Part shown: in pieces, positions 1 through 13,545 of the stretch
How the letters are laid out: every line of letters starts with the position of its first letter
Position numbering within the stretch: position 1 is the first letter of the stretch
DNA from: Eledone cirrhosa
Taxonomy: Eukaryota
Assembly: GCA_964016885.1 (NCBI GenBank)
Contig: OZ024749.1
Coordinates: forward strand, 31,620,001-31,684,000
DNA length: 64,000 bases
Direction: 5' to 3'
Made by a program: the position numbers and the translations under genes
Notes under the pieces: model-generated
What the model saw: only the letters and a program-made list of their open reading frames with translations
Database searches by the model: none
What the model was told of the DNA's origin: nothing

Positions 1-136
1 GATCTTCTCTGTGTATACGTATGACATATATAGTTGTATGGCTGAGGGGATTTCAATGTCACATACTTTTTCTCCATCACTTAAACCACAAAGTTATTTG
101 CCACTTTAAAATGCCTCAATGTGTGTTGTATGTATG

Positions 137-1195
<1,059 letters not shown>

Positions 1196-1624
1196 TAATT
1201 TCTGTATGCTCTTGCTTGCGTGTGGCGTGTGTAAGCACGTATGAGTTACCTCCCGTCGGCATGACAATTTAGAAGCAATACTTAAATATACAACTGGACC
1301 GTTTTGCTATAGGCGAGAGATAAACGTTCTGAAGAGTTACATAGAAAATATGTCTGCGCTGACTGGCTGACTCTCTGACTCTCTGACTTGCTGCTTGAAT
1401 AGTTCGATGGATGGATAGATCGATCGATCTGTGACTGTGTGTGGGAGTGTGTCGGTGGTGGAAGGAGTGAGTGGATGTACTGGTGGGGGAGAAGGAGAAG
1501 CAGGAGGAGGAGGGAAGAAGAAGGAGGAGGAAGAGAAGGAAGTGGTTGTTTGATTCATCTGTGGTTACGTCTTATAAAACTAACCTGAAGCAATTAATTT
1601 AGTGAGCGGACATTGCTATTGCGT

Positions 1625-2610
1625 TGGTGGCGGCGGTGTTGGTGGTTATGTTGTGGTTATGTTGGTGGTGGTGGTGGTGGTGGTGGTGGTGGTTATGTTG
1701 TGGTTATGTTGTTGGTGGTGGTGGTGGTTATGTTGGTGGTGGTGGTGGTGGTGGTGGTGGTTATGTTGTGGTTATGTTGGTGGTGGTGGTGGTGGTGGTG
1801 GTTATGTTGTGGTTATGTTGGTGGTGGTGGTGGTGGTGGTTATGTTGTGGTTATGTTGGTGGTGGTGGTGGTGGTGGTTATGTTGTGGTTATGTTGTGGT
1901 TATGTTGGTGGTGGTGGTGGTGGTTATGTTGTGGTTATGTTGGTGGTGGGGGTGGTGGTTATGTTGTGGTTATGTTGGTGGTGGTGGTGGTGGTGGCGGT
2001 GGTGGTGGTGGTTATGTTGTGGTTATGTTGATGGTGGTGGTGGTGGTGGTCGTCGTCGTCGTCATCGTCGAAGTTATGTTGGTGGTGGTGGTGGTGATAG
2101 TGGTGGTGGTGGTTATGTTGGTGGTGGTTGTGGTGACGGTGGTTATGTTGCTGTTCGTGTCGGTGTTGGTGGTGGTGGGAGTGGTGGTGGAGGGGTGGGG
2201 GGGGAGTGGGGGGGGGGATGATTTTGCTGTTGGTGATGTTGGTGATGGTGGTGGTGGTGGTGGTGGTGGTGGTTATGTTGTTGTTGGTGGTGGTGTTGGT
2301 GCTGATTGTGTTGGTGGTGGGGGGAGTGGTGGTGGTGGTGGTGAAGATTGTGCTGTTGGTGATGTTGGTGATGGAGGTGATGGTGGGTGGGTGGGGGGGG
2401 GGGGGTAGTAAGTGGTGGTGGTAATGGTGCTGATGGTAGTGACGGTGAAGATGGTGTTGTTGTTGTTGTTGTTGGCGGTGGTAGTTGTGGTGGGGGGAGG
2501 TGATGATGGTGGAGTTGATGGTAATGTTTGCGTTGGTAGTGGTAGTGATTGTTAAGGCTTTGGCGACGGTGGCGGTGGATATTGTGGTGATGGTGGTGGT
2601 GGGGGGGGGG
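1625..2610. repeat. (GGT)n-derived minisatellite with recurring GGTTATGTTGT motif
   Basis: Runs of GGT interrupted by ggttatgttgtggttatgtt units. Confidence 0.9.
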
Positions 2611-2850
2611 GGGCTGATGATTGGGATCAGGAGAAGGAAAAGGAATGGGAGGAAGAATAGGAGACCGAGTTGTGGAGGAGGAGGGTTCTAATGGAGTCCC
2701 TATCACAAAATTTGTCAATAACATTGATCACTTTCTACAGAACTCTCTGTCTATTGTATTTGTCCCCTTCTTTTGTGCCCCTGTGGCTAATAAAGAAACA
2801 TATCTATCTATTTATCTATGTATCCAACTATATTATATATATGTATGTCA

Positions 2851-3048
2851 TGAAAGGTGTAGTAAAATACGAGGTGGACTATAACCTACCAGAGTACTCG
2901 ATACTTGGGGGTAGTAGAGTGGGTAATAGGAAAATATTCAGGACACCGACGGCTGAGCTCCGGCCGTTTCGACAGCTTCATCTGAACTGCAGTTCGGATG
3001 TAGCTGTCGAAACGGCCGGAGCTCAGCCGTCGGTGTCCTGAATATTTT

Positions 3049-3049
<1 letters not shown>
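2851..3049. mobile_element. Family A fold-back element (Penelope-like pLTR/HHR remnant); 120-bp palindrome 2930-3049
   Basis: Near-perfect inverted repeat centred on gaactg|cagttc; arms carry the GAAACGG...CCGTC half-hammerhead; tail shared with copies at 17986, 36212, 38327, 48487, 49841. Confidence 0.75.
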
Positions 3050-3138
<89 letters not shown>

Positions 3139-3228
3139 TATAGTGGTTTGTGAGTTGGATTCCCAGTCGTGATGTTCGATTCCCGAACCCGGATGGTACA
3201 TATATATATATATATATACATATATGAA

Positions 3229-3443
3229 GGCGTGTGGCTGAGTGGTTAGAGAATTGGATTCGCAATCGTAAGGTTGCGAGTTCGATTCCTGGACCAGGCG
3301 ATGCGTTATGTCCTTGAGCAAGATACTTTATTTCACGTTGCTCCTTCTACCTGGAGTTGCGACCGATAGATAGTACTAGCAATTGGAAAGACCAACGGAA
3401 ACATTGTTCCCTCGGTCCGATTTGACGAAAGTCGATCGTTCCT
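3229..3443 (+). mobile_element. tRNA-derived SINE, OR/Meta-domain type
   Basis: A-box tggctgagtgg and B-box gttcgattcc, then tgtccttgagcaagatacttta core; copies at 46840 (+) and 56026 (-). Confidence 0.85.
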
Positions 3444-3457
3444 GTATATATATATAT

Positions 3458-3643
3458 AATTGTTTCTACTTTAGGCACAAGGCCAGCAATTACCCAGTGC
3501 ATTACTGGTACTTTGTTTTATCGACCCCGTAAGGATGAAAGGCAAAGTCAACCTCGGCGGGATTTGAACTCAGATCGTAAAGGGACGTAACTATGCTGGA
3601 AAGCATGGCGTCCGACCCTCTACTGATACTGCCAATCCACCGC
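3458..3643 (-). mobile_element. tRNA-derived SINE, OK/Nin-domain type (short subfamily)
   Basis: Minus strand ggcggtggattggcag...gttcaaatcccgccgaggttgactttgcctttcatccttacggggtcgataaa; at least 10 copies in window. Confidence 0.9.
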
Positions 3644-4102
3644 ATATAATACGATATAATCGTATATAATACGATAAATTAACGGAGCCATAGACTCTCG
3701 CTATTCCCTGTCAGTAATGTGCTCAAAGGAGAAGGAATACCGAGCTCTTTATAATACAATATGTCGAAAAGGTAACACACCAGAGAGAGAGATAGTGCGC
3801 CATCTATCTATCTATCTATATATATATATATAAATAAATGTATTCGCTTTTCTCCTAGATTATTTTACACCTAATTCTGTTTAATTGACTGTATATCTGG
3901 GCGATTACGCTGTCGAAATATTCGATAAATATTCCGTCGCAGCCGGCGCGAAGGGCTGGTTTCGGATATTTGTTGGAGATTTCTTCATAGAAGCCTTATT
4001 CTTATAGCTTGATGTATTCGATTTTTTATATGGTTAATTATGCTAATTGGGAGAGGAAATGGTATATATTTTATCTGGTGATTCTATAGACATGTTTTAT
4101 GA

Positions 4103-4167
<65 letters not shown>

Positions 4168-4170
4168 TTT

Positions 4171-4213
<43 letters not shown>

Positions 4214-4256
4214 TTTTGTTTTTAAAATCCAAATTCAATAAACAGACCAGGATTTT

Positions 4257-4316
4257 TTTCATTCTGATGATTGAAAGCAACATTTTTTGCTTTTAAGAAA
4301 CCACTGGTAAATGGAA
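4257..4316 (+). ncRNA. Type I hammerhead ribozyme motif (family G)
   Basis: Stem I TTTCATT/AATGGAA; CTGATGA; stem II TTGAAAGCAA/TTGCTTTTAA; GAA-ACCACTGGT-A (GUA cleavage triplet). Confidence 0.8.
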
Positions 4317-4341
4317 TAATTGCCTTATGTTGTTTATTACA

Positions 4342-4427
<86 letters not shown>

Positions 4428-4916
4428 GAAAGAGAAGTGTGAGATTGAGAGATCGATTGATCGATAGATAGATAGAGAGATAGACAGATAGATGGTGGAG
4501 CGGCAGAAGAGTAAAAGCAACGGACGAGAGAGATAACTTGTATTTGATCTGTCTCTGAATTCTTCCCACATTGGTTGACTAAATGCATTCCTCGGTCGTT
4601 TGTCTGTTGGGGCACAAGCATTGGGTTTATGTCTCCGCTGTCTGGATAATTTCCTAATTTACACATACCTTGCATGCCTCTCAAATCCACTGAGGGCGAT
4701 TCATAGCCCCTGCTTTTCCTTTCATTTTATGATCATGAATATTCCAGTTATTAGAACAACGGGACAGCCTGCTTATGAATTTAACGTGCAAGTGGCTGAG
4801 CATTCCACAGTCATGTGTACCGGCTTTTTCACATAACCCCAACCCTCCTCCCCCTAAAAAATCAACAACAAACAAATATACAATTAAACAAATATTGATA
4901 AAATTCAGTGAAATAA

Positions 4917-5092
4917 TTGTTTCTACTTTTGGCACAAGGCCAGCAATTATCCCAGTGCATTACTGGTACTTAATTTTATCGACCCCGTAAGGATGAAAGG
5001 CAAAGTAAACCTCGGTAAGATTTGAACTCAGACCGTAAAGGGACATAAGTCTATGCTGGAAAGCATGGCGTCCGACTCTGCTAATCCACCGC
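4917..5092 (-). mobile_element. OK/Nin-type SINE with 13-bp TSD
   Basis: TSD ttcagtgaaataa at 4904-4916 and 5094-5106. Confidence 0.9.
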
Positions 5093-5258
5093 TTTCAGTG
5101 AAATAAGATAAGTATATGATCAAACCCAATATATCGATAACCTGTTGTGTATGATCGATCTGAATACATTATGATCAGTTAAATTGCACTGGCTGGTACC
5201 CTCGAAGATTAAATTGACTAAATATTTACAAACGATCCGCTTAGCCCCTTGTTATTAT

Positions 5259-5722
5259 AGTTTCCGAAACCACCAAGTATAACTGGTATAACTAAAAAGA
5301 AAATGATTACAAATGCATGAGCTGTGACGATTACATGATATAACTGGTCGTGGATTGGCGGTGGATTGGCAGTAACGGCAGAGGCCGGACGCCCTACTTT
5401 ACAGCATAGAGTTACGGCCCTTTATGATCTGAGTTCAAATCCCGCCGAGGTTAACTTTGCCTTTCATCCTTACGTGGGCGATAAAATAAAGTACCAGTCA
5501 CGCACTGGGTTCGATTTAACGACTTTCCCCCCAAAAAAATGTATGGCCTTGTGCCTATATAAGAAACCATTATATAATTGGTCGTCGTTTAATAGGGCCT
5601 GATTGACCAAGTTATGTACGGATTATTAATCTTAAAGATGTTCCTAATAATCCAGATCAGATTCAAAAAATGAAATATAAAGTTCCAATGTCCTTATGGT
5701 TTGTTGAAAATATTCATAGCAT
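5259..5722 (-). pseudogene. cox1: NUMT: 5' part of mitochondrial cox1, split by a SINE
   Basis: Minus strand (invertebrate mito code) from ATG 5722: [50 protein letters not shown]; after the SINE: [30 protein letters not shown]; one stop and one frameshift. Confidence 0.95.
5352..5567 (+). mobile_element. OK/Nin-type SINE (long subfamily) inserted in the cox1 NUMT
   Basis: Full SINE; 18-bp TSD catgatataactggtcgt (5334-5351) / cattatataattggtcgt (5568-5585). Confidence 0.92.
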
Positions 5723-6110
5723 ATTTAAATTATGATGGGAATAAAAATTAATGTAATTATCATATTAATACATATAATTTATTTAAGGTTTATTTTAATT
5801 TTATTAATTGTTATTATATAAAATGATTTTATATTTATATTTATAAGAAGGTTTAAATAAAAATATAAACTAATGAGTGTAGAAGTAAGTAATAATAATT
5901 AATAATAAATAATTAATTAATATGAATTAATAATAAATAATTAATTAATATGAATTAATAATGAATAATTAAAGTAAGTAATAAATAAAATTAATATATT
6001 TATAGATAATGATTATTTAAGATTATTAATTTAGTTAAAAATTCTATTATTGGGGGATTTCCCCTAGAGATAAAATTAATATAATAATACAAATATTCTC
6101 TTTATTTATA
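5723..6110 (-). pseudogene. nad2: NUMT: 3' part of mitochondrial nad2
   Basis: Minus strand IMLILSLG(E)IP/P-MM(E)FLTKLMIL matches the nad2 LSLGGxPPxxGF motif; lies directly upstream of cox1 as in octopod mtDNA; extremely AT-rich. Confidence 0.8.
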
Positions 6111-6154
6111 TTATAGTTATCACTAAAATATATGACAGCATGTAAAGTAAATCA

Positions 6155-6912
6155 TGAAGGAATTATAGGAAATGTAGAATTTTTCTTTTGAACATAACCT
6201 GTAAACGGTCTAACCATGTATCTCTAAAGCTACACATAGTTAAACTTGACTAGATTAGATTGAAATGGACGGTGAGATTGATACCGGTGTCTGTAGTTCT
6301 TTAGCATTTGTTCTAGCCACACAATATAAAAAATAAAAGTAAAGATCGAGAAAATAAGAACTCGTCTTGAATGAAATAAACTGCTGAGGTCGACTAATTA
6401 TTGGCATATGAACCACTAAACTCATTGTTGGTGAACGGTTCAATTGCTGAAATGATCAAGAAATTATATAAAATGTAGAGCTTTTCTGTTGATCAGAAAC
6501 TGTAAACAGCTTAGACACGTATGTCTAAAACTAGCCAGAATTAAACTTGACTATTCTCGATTGAAATGGACTTGGATTTTTGACAGCGGAGTCTGTAGTT
6601 CTTTAGCATATGTTCTAGACCAGGCATGACAAATGGAGGGTGCCCCGAGGGCCACATGGGTCACATATGTGTTGTCTGAGGGCCACACACGACAACTGAT
6701 TGCGCACATTAAAAATATTTTTTTAAATTTTATATTACGAAGATAAAACATGCTCACGCTGTAAAAACCTTTGTGCGGGCCGCAGATGTGCTTGTAAAGT
6801 GCCGCATGTGGCCTGTGGGCCGCATGTTTGACATGCATGTTGTATAAAAATAAAATAAAGATCGAGAAAATAAGAACTAAGCTTGAATGAAATAAACTGC
6901 TGAGGTCGACTA
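6155..6912. repeat. Diverged tandem duplication (~300-bp unit, two copies)
   Basis: ttaaacttgacta...gattgaaatggac...gtctgtagttctttagcat...taaagatcgagaaaataagaact...aaactgctgaggtcgactaa occurs twice; second copy interrupted by a MITE. Confidence 0.85.
6621..6839. mobile_element. hAT (Charlie-like) MITE
   Basis: TIRs caggcatgacaaa / tttgacatgcatg, subterminal gggccgc repeats, insertion at ttctagac; absent from the first copy of the tandem unit. Confidence 0.75.
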
Positions 6913-7593
6913 AATCCCCGAAACCAGTAAAAGAAAAAGAAAAAAAGAAAAAGAAATTACAAATAATAATGACAAGCCACGAATGAAACAAGTGACATGC
7001 CAGTCAACGCTGGAAGTGCTAATGGAGGAAGAAGAGTGGGCTATAGTGAATAACAACCCCATATCAGATACTCAATGGTGCGCCTGAAGTGGGGGGAAAG
7101 AACAAGTGTGAATAACAATAAAAAAAAGCTTGTCTGAACCTCAGAGTGAAAGATAGAGATAGATAGATAGATATAGAGAGAAAGAGATAGAGAGAGAGAC
7201 AGAGAGGAGTGAGGGAGATTTCATAAGAGTAGAGAGTTATAATGAGAGAAAGGAAAAAAAAAAAAAAACAGAGATAGACTTTAGAAAGAAAGAAGGAGAA
7301 TGAACATGGCTTGGGTTTATCTCATGTGGGTGAGTAGATACAAACAGCCACTTGAGTAGAGGAGCGTTTATCGAGAGATGAGGGCGAAAGTTGTTGTGAT
7401 GTTGCTATGTTGTAAAAACAACAGCACTATTGTTACATTGCAACAATTGTACTATAGTTTAGAATTCCTAACCATAATCAGCTACTTAATATATAACTGT
7501 ATATCTGTATATATATATATACACACATATATATATATATCCATATTTAGCTATCTATCCACCTATCGGCCTTCTGCTGTCGTTTAATATATG

Positions 7594-7644
<51 letters not shown>

Positions 7645-7647
<3 letters not shown>

Positions 7648-7733
7648 AACCAGTAAGACCCCGACAGCTGAGCTCAAGCCGTTTCGACGGCTGTGCGTTA
7701 TGGTCCACCTGGTTCCTTACCACATTTCCTTCG

Positions 7734-7735
<2 letters not shown>
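7645..7735. mobile_element. Family A element, internally deleted (inverted HHR half joined to tail)
   Basis: aggaaccagtaagaccccgacagctgagctcaagccgtttcgacggct fused to the reverse-complemented tail; flanked by (TA)n. Confidence 0.75.
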
Positions 7736-7786
<51 letters not shown>

Positions 7787-7787
<1 letters not shown>

Positions 7788-7994
7788 GTAGGTCCCGGGT
7801 TGAGTCGGGGATAACCACAGTAAGTAAGGTACTCAATACATGGCAGAGTAAACATTTTTTATTTTATAGAAGGAGCTTCTACAGGACTAGTACTGTTTCA
7901 TTCAGATGAAATCTTCAGGAAGCACTTCCTGATTTCAGGGTTTCCTGAAGATTTCATCTGAATGAAACAGTACTAGTCCTGTAGAAGCTCCTTC

Positions 7995-8000
<6 letters not shown>
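7787..8000. mobile_element. Fold-back element (palindrome 7863-8000) with an HHR on each strand
   Basis: ~60-bp perfect arms; tail shares gtactcaatac with family A; TA-flanked. Confidence 0.8.
7875..7923 (-). ncRNA. Type I hammerhead ribozyme motif (mirror copy at 7940-7988 +)
   Basis: GCTTC-CTGAAGA-TTTCATCTGAAT-GAA-ACAG(TACTAGTC)CTGT-A-GAAGC. Confidence 0.8.
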
Positions 8001-8033
<33 letters not shown>

Positions 8034-8035
<2 letters not shown>

Positions 8036-8352
8036 CCAGGGAGTGTAACTTGGAGTTACTGTAGGTTCACTCGGGGGAGCACTCGATGTTTAGGTTCACT
8101 TCTGTGTCGAGGTGTAGAGCTATATAGAGTGTATTATAGTAAAATAAAATATAACAAGGACGATTGGTTACTCCTTCATTACGTTTATTGGTAGGTGATG
8201 CGCGTTTATCCATTGATCAGCTCAAGGTTCGATCAGAGTCGGGCTAGATTGATACAGATCAAAGCTTGAGCTGATCAGTGGCGAAACGCGCGTCACCGAC
8301 CAATAAACGTAATGAAGGGGTAATCAATCGTCCTTGTTTTATTTTATTGAAC
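8034..8352. mobile_element. Family B fold-back element with HHR 3' half GAAACGCGCGTC
   Basis: Inverted repeat ~8146-8345; GAAACGCGCGTC at 8283-8294; second copy at 22384. Confidence 0.75.
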
Positions 8353-8358
8353 TATATA

Positions 8359-8433
<75 letters not shown>

Positions 8434-8721
8434 GATAGACACACACGATAGACAACAGAGGCCGTGTCTTGTCCCTCTCCGACTAAAAACTTCCCCCTCG
8501 GAAAACCCCCAGTTGATGGATGCGAAATCCGAAATATAGGGAGAATTAAATCACTTCCAAGGTAGCTATATCTCGTGTTATTATTTTTACACTCTTTCCT
8601 ACACCCTGTACGTCTCATTCTACATTTCCTCTTACATCTCTCTCATTAGCTCCTGATTCTGTTACCCGGAGATTTACCCATCTGCATTGTTGAGGCTACC
8701 AAAACAACCAATTTCTTATCA

Positions 8722-8754
<33 letters not shown>

Positions 8755-8757
<3 letters not shown>

Positions 8758-9069
8758 AAAGTTTTATTTAAGATTGTTGGGTTACAACGAGTAAATATTT
8801 TATAACTGATATAAAAGCACTCAACAGTTTCTGGAGTAGGTTTACGATATTAAACAAATGGAGACTATATTTATAAAATATAACTACCAAATCAACTTTT
8901 TAAATGGAAGTTGCATTATTACAAGGTATGTCACTAATTATTTATAAAACAGCTTATGTATTGTATTTTGTCTGAGGAAGGCATACCATATTTTTAATAT
9001 GATATCCCAGAAATATATATAACGAAATAAATATGGTTTTATAAATATAGTCTCCATTTGTTTAATATC

Positions 9070-9072
<3 letters not shown>
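8755..9072. mobile_element. Family D element with inverted termini and HHR
   Basis: 36-bp inverted repeat 8843-8878/9037-9072; homologous to 28413-31558 and 60655-60914. Confidence 0.75.
8964..9029 (+). ncRNA. Type I hammerhead ribozyme motif (family D)
   Basis: TATTTTGT-CTGAGGA-stem II-GAA-ATATATAT-A-ACGAAATA. Confidence 0.7.
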
Positions 9073-9132
<60 letters not shown>

Positions 9133-9599
9133 CACTCATGTACATATTTGGATGGAGATAGGCAGTGAAATCCAACTAATCGCTTACCACCGTCACACTA
9201 CCGATTCTCCTAAAACATTCCTAGCATATCGCTGTTGTTATTTAGCCCCGAGTCAGTCTTGATAGAACAGTAATATTATCATCACCGTTCCAGTCATGAC
9301 CACCCCGTTTATTTTATATCAAAGACTCCCAATAATGGAGATTGCCCTATATCTAAATCCAAGAAAATTCCTCTCCAAAGTTCAGGTTTGTGAAGAAAAC
9401 AGTCAAGAACAGTGTAACCCCTAAGCCAACTAGGCAGCCGTTCAGGGAGGTACATAAATGCCCGTTGAAGGATCACACATTTATACAGTTCTAGTACTAT
9501 CATTAAGGTCAACTTCGCAACCACCTAGGGTACAGTCCTCAGAGAGGTACATTGCTGATACTTAAAGGATCACGCATTTATACAGGTCTGGTTTGTGAC

Positions 9600-11435
9600 G
9601 ACAATAATGATGATAGTGGAGGTGGTGGCGGTGATGGTAGTTGATGAAGTAGAGGTGATAGCGGTGATGGTAGTGGAGGTGGTGGTGGCGGCTGTAGTGG
9701 TGGTGGGAGTTGTGGTAGTGGTGGTGGTGGTGGTGGTGGTGGTGGTGGAAGTTGAACTGGTGGCGATGTTAATGGCGGTGATGGTGGCAATGATGCTGGT
9801 AGTGGAGGTGGTGGTAGGGGTTGTAGTGGTGATCGTGGTAGTGATGGTGGTGGTGGGAGATGTAATGGTGATGGGAGTTGTAGTGGTGGTGGTGGGAGTT
9901 GCAGTGGTGGTGATGGTAGTGGAGGGGGTGGGGTTGTAGTAGTGGGGATTGTAGTAGTGGGACAGTTGCAGTGGGAATTGTAGTGGTGGTGGTAGTGATG
10001 GTGGTGGTGGTGGGGGTTGTAGTGGTGGTGACAATGGTGAGGAGTGGTACTGGGTGAGATACTAGGGACGATGGTAGTGGAGGTAATGGTGGCGATGGTG
10101 ATGGTAGTGGAGGTGATGGTGGCGATGGCGATATTAGTGGGGGTGATGGTAGTGGGGGTGATGGTGGCGATGGCGATGGTAGTGGGGGTGATGGTGGCGA
10201 TGGTGATAATAGTGGGGGTGATGGTGGCGATGGTGATGGTAGTGGGGGTGATGGTGGCGATGGTGATGGTAGTGGGGGGGTCATGGATGCGATGGTGATG
10301 ATAGTGGGGGTGATGGTGGCGATGCTGATGACTATGAATGTATGATGACTCTGAATATATGCATGTGCGTGTGTGTTTATATGTTTACGTGTTCTCTGTC
10401 TGTATGTATATGTGTGTGGGGGTGGGGGTGGGTGTGTGTCCTAGATGATAACGCATGGAGACCGGTGGTCGAAGGGAAAGGGGGTGAAGAAATAAAAACA
10501 GCAAGAAGAAGAAGAAGAAGAAGAAGAAGAAGAAGAAGAAGAAGAAACGAGTGAAAGGGCAATCAATAACACTCTCGCTATTGCACCGAAGCCCCGACAC
10601 CATATGTCTTGATCTCACGGCATCCACATATAGTACGACAGAGGTGGAGAGTGGTAAATAGTAGACACAACGATAAAGCTCTATGACGGCGGTGTTGTTG
10701 CTGGTGTTGGTGATGGTGATGTTTGTGGAAATGTTGGTGATGGTGATGATGGTTATAGCGGTGATAAGGCTGATGGTGATGGTGATGTTGGTGATGGTGA
10801 TGCTGGTGACGTTGGTGATGATGATGACTGTGATAGTGGTGATGATGATGATGATAGTGGTGATGGTTATGGTGGTGATGATGGCGATGATGTTGTTGAT
10901 GGTGATAATAGTGGTAATGATGGTGACGATGGTAATGATGGTGCTGATGATGGCGATGATGGTGATGTTGGTGATGATGGTTATGGTGGTGTTGATGTTG
11001 ATGGTGTTGTGTGTGGTGATGCTAGGGATGATGGTGATGGTTATGGTGGTGATGATGGTGATGATGTTATGGCGGTGTTGATGGTGATGATGTTGTTGAT
11101 GGTGATAATAATTGGTGATGGTGATGATGGTAATGGTGGTGACGATGATGGTGATGATGGTGATGCTGGTGATGATGGTGATGATGATGATTATGGTGGT
11201 GATGATGGTGATGATGATGGTGATGGTGGCGATGATGGTGATGATGGTGATGCTGGTGATGATGGTGATGATGATGATTATGGTGGTGATGATGGTGATG
11301 ATGGTTATGGTGGTGATGATGGTGATAAAAGTGGTGATGGTGATGATGGTAAAGGTGGTGATGATGATGATGGTAATGGTGGTGATGATGGTGGTGATGG
11401 TGGCGTTTGTGATGATTGTGATGGTGGTGGTGTTG
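9600..11435. repeat. (GGT)/(GAT)-derived low-complexity arrays plus (GAA)n at ~10503-10545
   Basis: Degenerate trinucleotide arrays; 30-bp unit gtgggggtgatggtggcgatggtgatggta repeated at 10138-10280. Confidence 0.9.
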
Positions 11436-11609
11436 GCGGGATCTTGTCTACAGGGTGTTGCTACTGCTGATGATGCGGGCATTTAGTTAAAAAGAGGCGA
11501 AGAGTGATGAGAGACCGCGGGGGGGGGGGGGTGAAGAGAGACATGAAAAATGGAGAAAGTGAATACATTTCTCTGTCGTTATCTTTTTCTCTTTCCACAA
11601 CTTTCTTTA

Positions 11610-11656
11610 AGTCTTTCTCTCTCTCGCGTTTCTCTCCATCTCTCTCTCCCTCCATC

Positions 11657-11687
<31 letters not shown>

Positions 11688-11821
11688 CGTCTACCTTTCT
11701 CTCTCTCCTCTCTTTTCCTAATCTTTCTCTCCCACTTTCGCTCTCTCTTTCGTCTTTCTCTCTCTCTCTCTTTCTCTTTCTCTCTCTCTCGTCTTTTTTC
11801 TCTCTCTCTCTTTCTCGTCTT

Positions 11822-11860
<39 letters not shown>

Positions 11861-12056
11861 TTTCTCTCTCTCTCACCCTCTCTCTCTCTCTCTCTCGTCT
11901 TACTTTCTCTCTCCCTCTCGTGTTCCGCCCCCCCCCCCTCTCTCTTGTCTTTCTTTCTCTCTCTTACTCTACCTCTATCTTCCTATCTAGGTATGTGTGT
12001 GTCAGTAGGTCCAACTACATTTGAACCGGAAGTTTGTAAGCGTTAGTGTGTTTGTT

Positions 12057-12110
<54 letters not shown>

Positions 12111-12649
12111 CGTGTGTGTGTATGTGTGTGTGGGTGTGTCTATGGTGTGTATATGTACCAATATCCATGTCTGTGTGTGTGTGTGTATGTATGTAAATAT
12201 GTGTGTGTTTGTGCGCGCATATGTGTATGAATATGTGTGAGTACAAATGTGCGTGTGTGTATATATACATATGTGTGTTTGTACATATGTGTGTATGTAT
12301 CTGTATGTGTATATGTGTGTATATATATATGTGCGTTTGTGTGTGTGTGTGTATAATTGTGAGTGTGTATGCCTGCATGTTTGTATGTGTACACATAAGT
12401 GTGCGTTTGTGTGTGTATATATGAGCTTAGGTGTGTGTGTGTGTATATAATTGTGAGTGTGTATGCCTGCGTTTTTGTATGTGTACACATGAGTTTGCGT
12501 TTGTGTGAGTATATATGGGCGTAAGTATGTGTATCTATTTGTATATATGTACGTATATGTATATCTGTGTGTATCTATATGTATATATGTATATATGAGT
12601 GTATGTGTATGTGTATGTGTATATGTGTATGCGTATATGTGTATCTATA

Positions 12650-12696
<47 letters not shown>

Positions 12697-13280
12697 GTAT
12701 ATGTATATATGAGAGTATGTGTATATGTGTATATGTGTATGTGTATGTGTGTGCATGTGTATATGTGTATGTGTATGTGTATATGTGTATATATACATAT
12801 AGATACACACATGTGTATATGTGTGTATGTGTATGTTTATATGTATATGAGTGTATGTGTATGAGTGTATGTGTGTATGTGTATGTGTATATGTGTGTCT
12901 GTGTATGTGTATGTGTGTGTATGTGTATGTGTATATGTATGCATGTGTATGTGTATATGTGTGTATCTATATGTATATATGAGTGTATGTGTATATGTAT
13001 GTGTATATGTGTATATGTGTATGTGTATATGTGTGTATGTGTATATGTGTATGTGTATGTGTATATGTGTATATATACATATAGATACACACATGTGTAT
13101 ATGTGTGTATGTGTATGTTTATGTGTATATGAGTGTATGTGTATGTGTGTATGTGTGTATGTGTATTTGTATATGTGTGTATGTGTATGTGTATATGTGT
13201 GTATGTGTATATGTATGCATGTGTATGTGTATATGAGTGTATGTGTATGCGTATGTGTATGTGCATGTGTGTATGTGTTT
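11610..13280. repeat. (CT)n, (TG)n and (TATGTG)n compound microsatellite region
   Basis: Direct inspection; a ~285-bp duplication includes tatatacatatagatacacacatgtg at ~12790 and ~13074. Confidence 0.9.
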
Positions 13281-13344
13281 TTCTTCTTGTGTGTAAGACC
13301 AACGATTAAACAAACTGTTCTGTTAATCTATTAAACCGGTGGAA

Positions 13345-13467
13345 TTAATTGTTGTTATTACTGTAGTTCTTGTTGTTGTTACTGTTGTTGTTGTTGTTGT
13401 TGTTGTTGCTGCTGATATTGCTCTTGTTGTTGTTGTTGTTGTTGATATTGTTGTTGTTGTTGTTGTT

Positions 13468-13498
<31 letters not shown>

Positions 13499-13509
13499 CT
13501 GATATTGCT

Positions 13510-13545
<36 letters not shown>

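Noticed and set aside
3229-3300. tRNA gene
   Set aside because: A and B boxes are present but there is no acceptor stem, and the sequence continues into a multi-copy SINE body.
5259-5722. Functional cox1 or mitochondrial contig contamination
   Set aside because: In-frame stop, frameshift, truncation and a nuclear SINE insertion with TSD.
6155-6912. Duplicated exons of a host gene
   Set aside because: The reading frame is not conserved between the two copies and one is disrupted by a MITE.
8507-8541. Possible hammerhead CCC-CAGTTGA-TGGAT(GCGAA)ATCC-GAAATATA-GGG
   Set aside because: Two core mismatches and only a 3-bp stem I; too degenerate to call.
9468-9586. 21-bp direct repeat aaggatcac(a/g)catttatacag flanking ~76 bp
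   Set aside because: Only two copies; could be a TSD or a local duplication, and the insert is unrecognisable.
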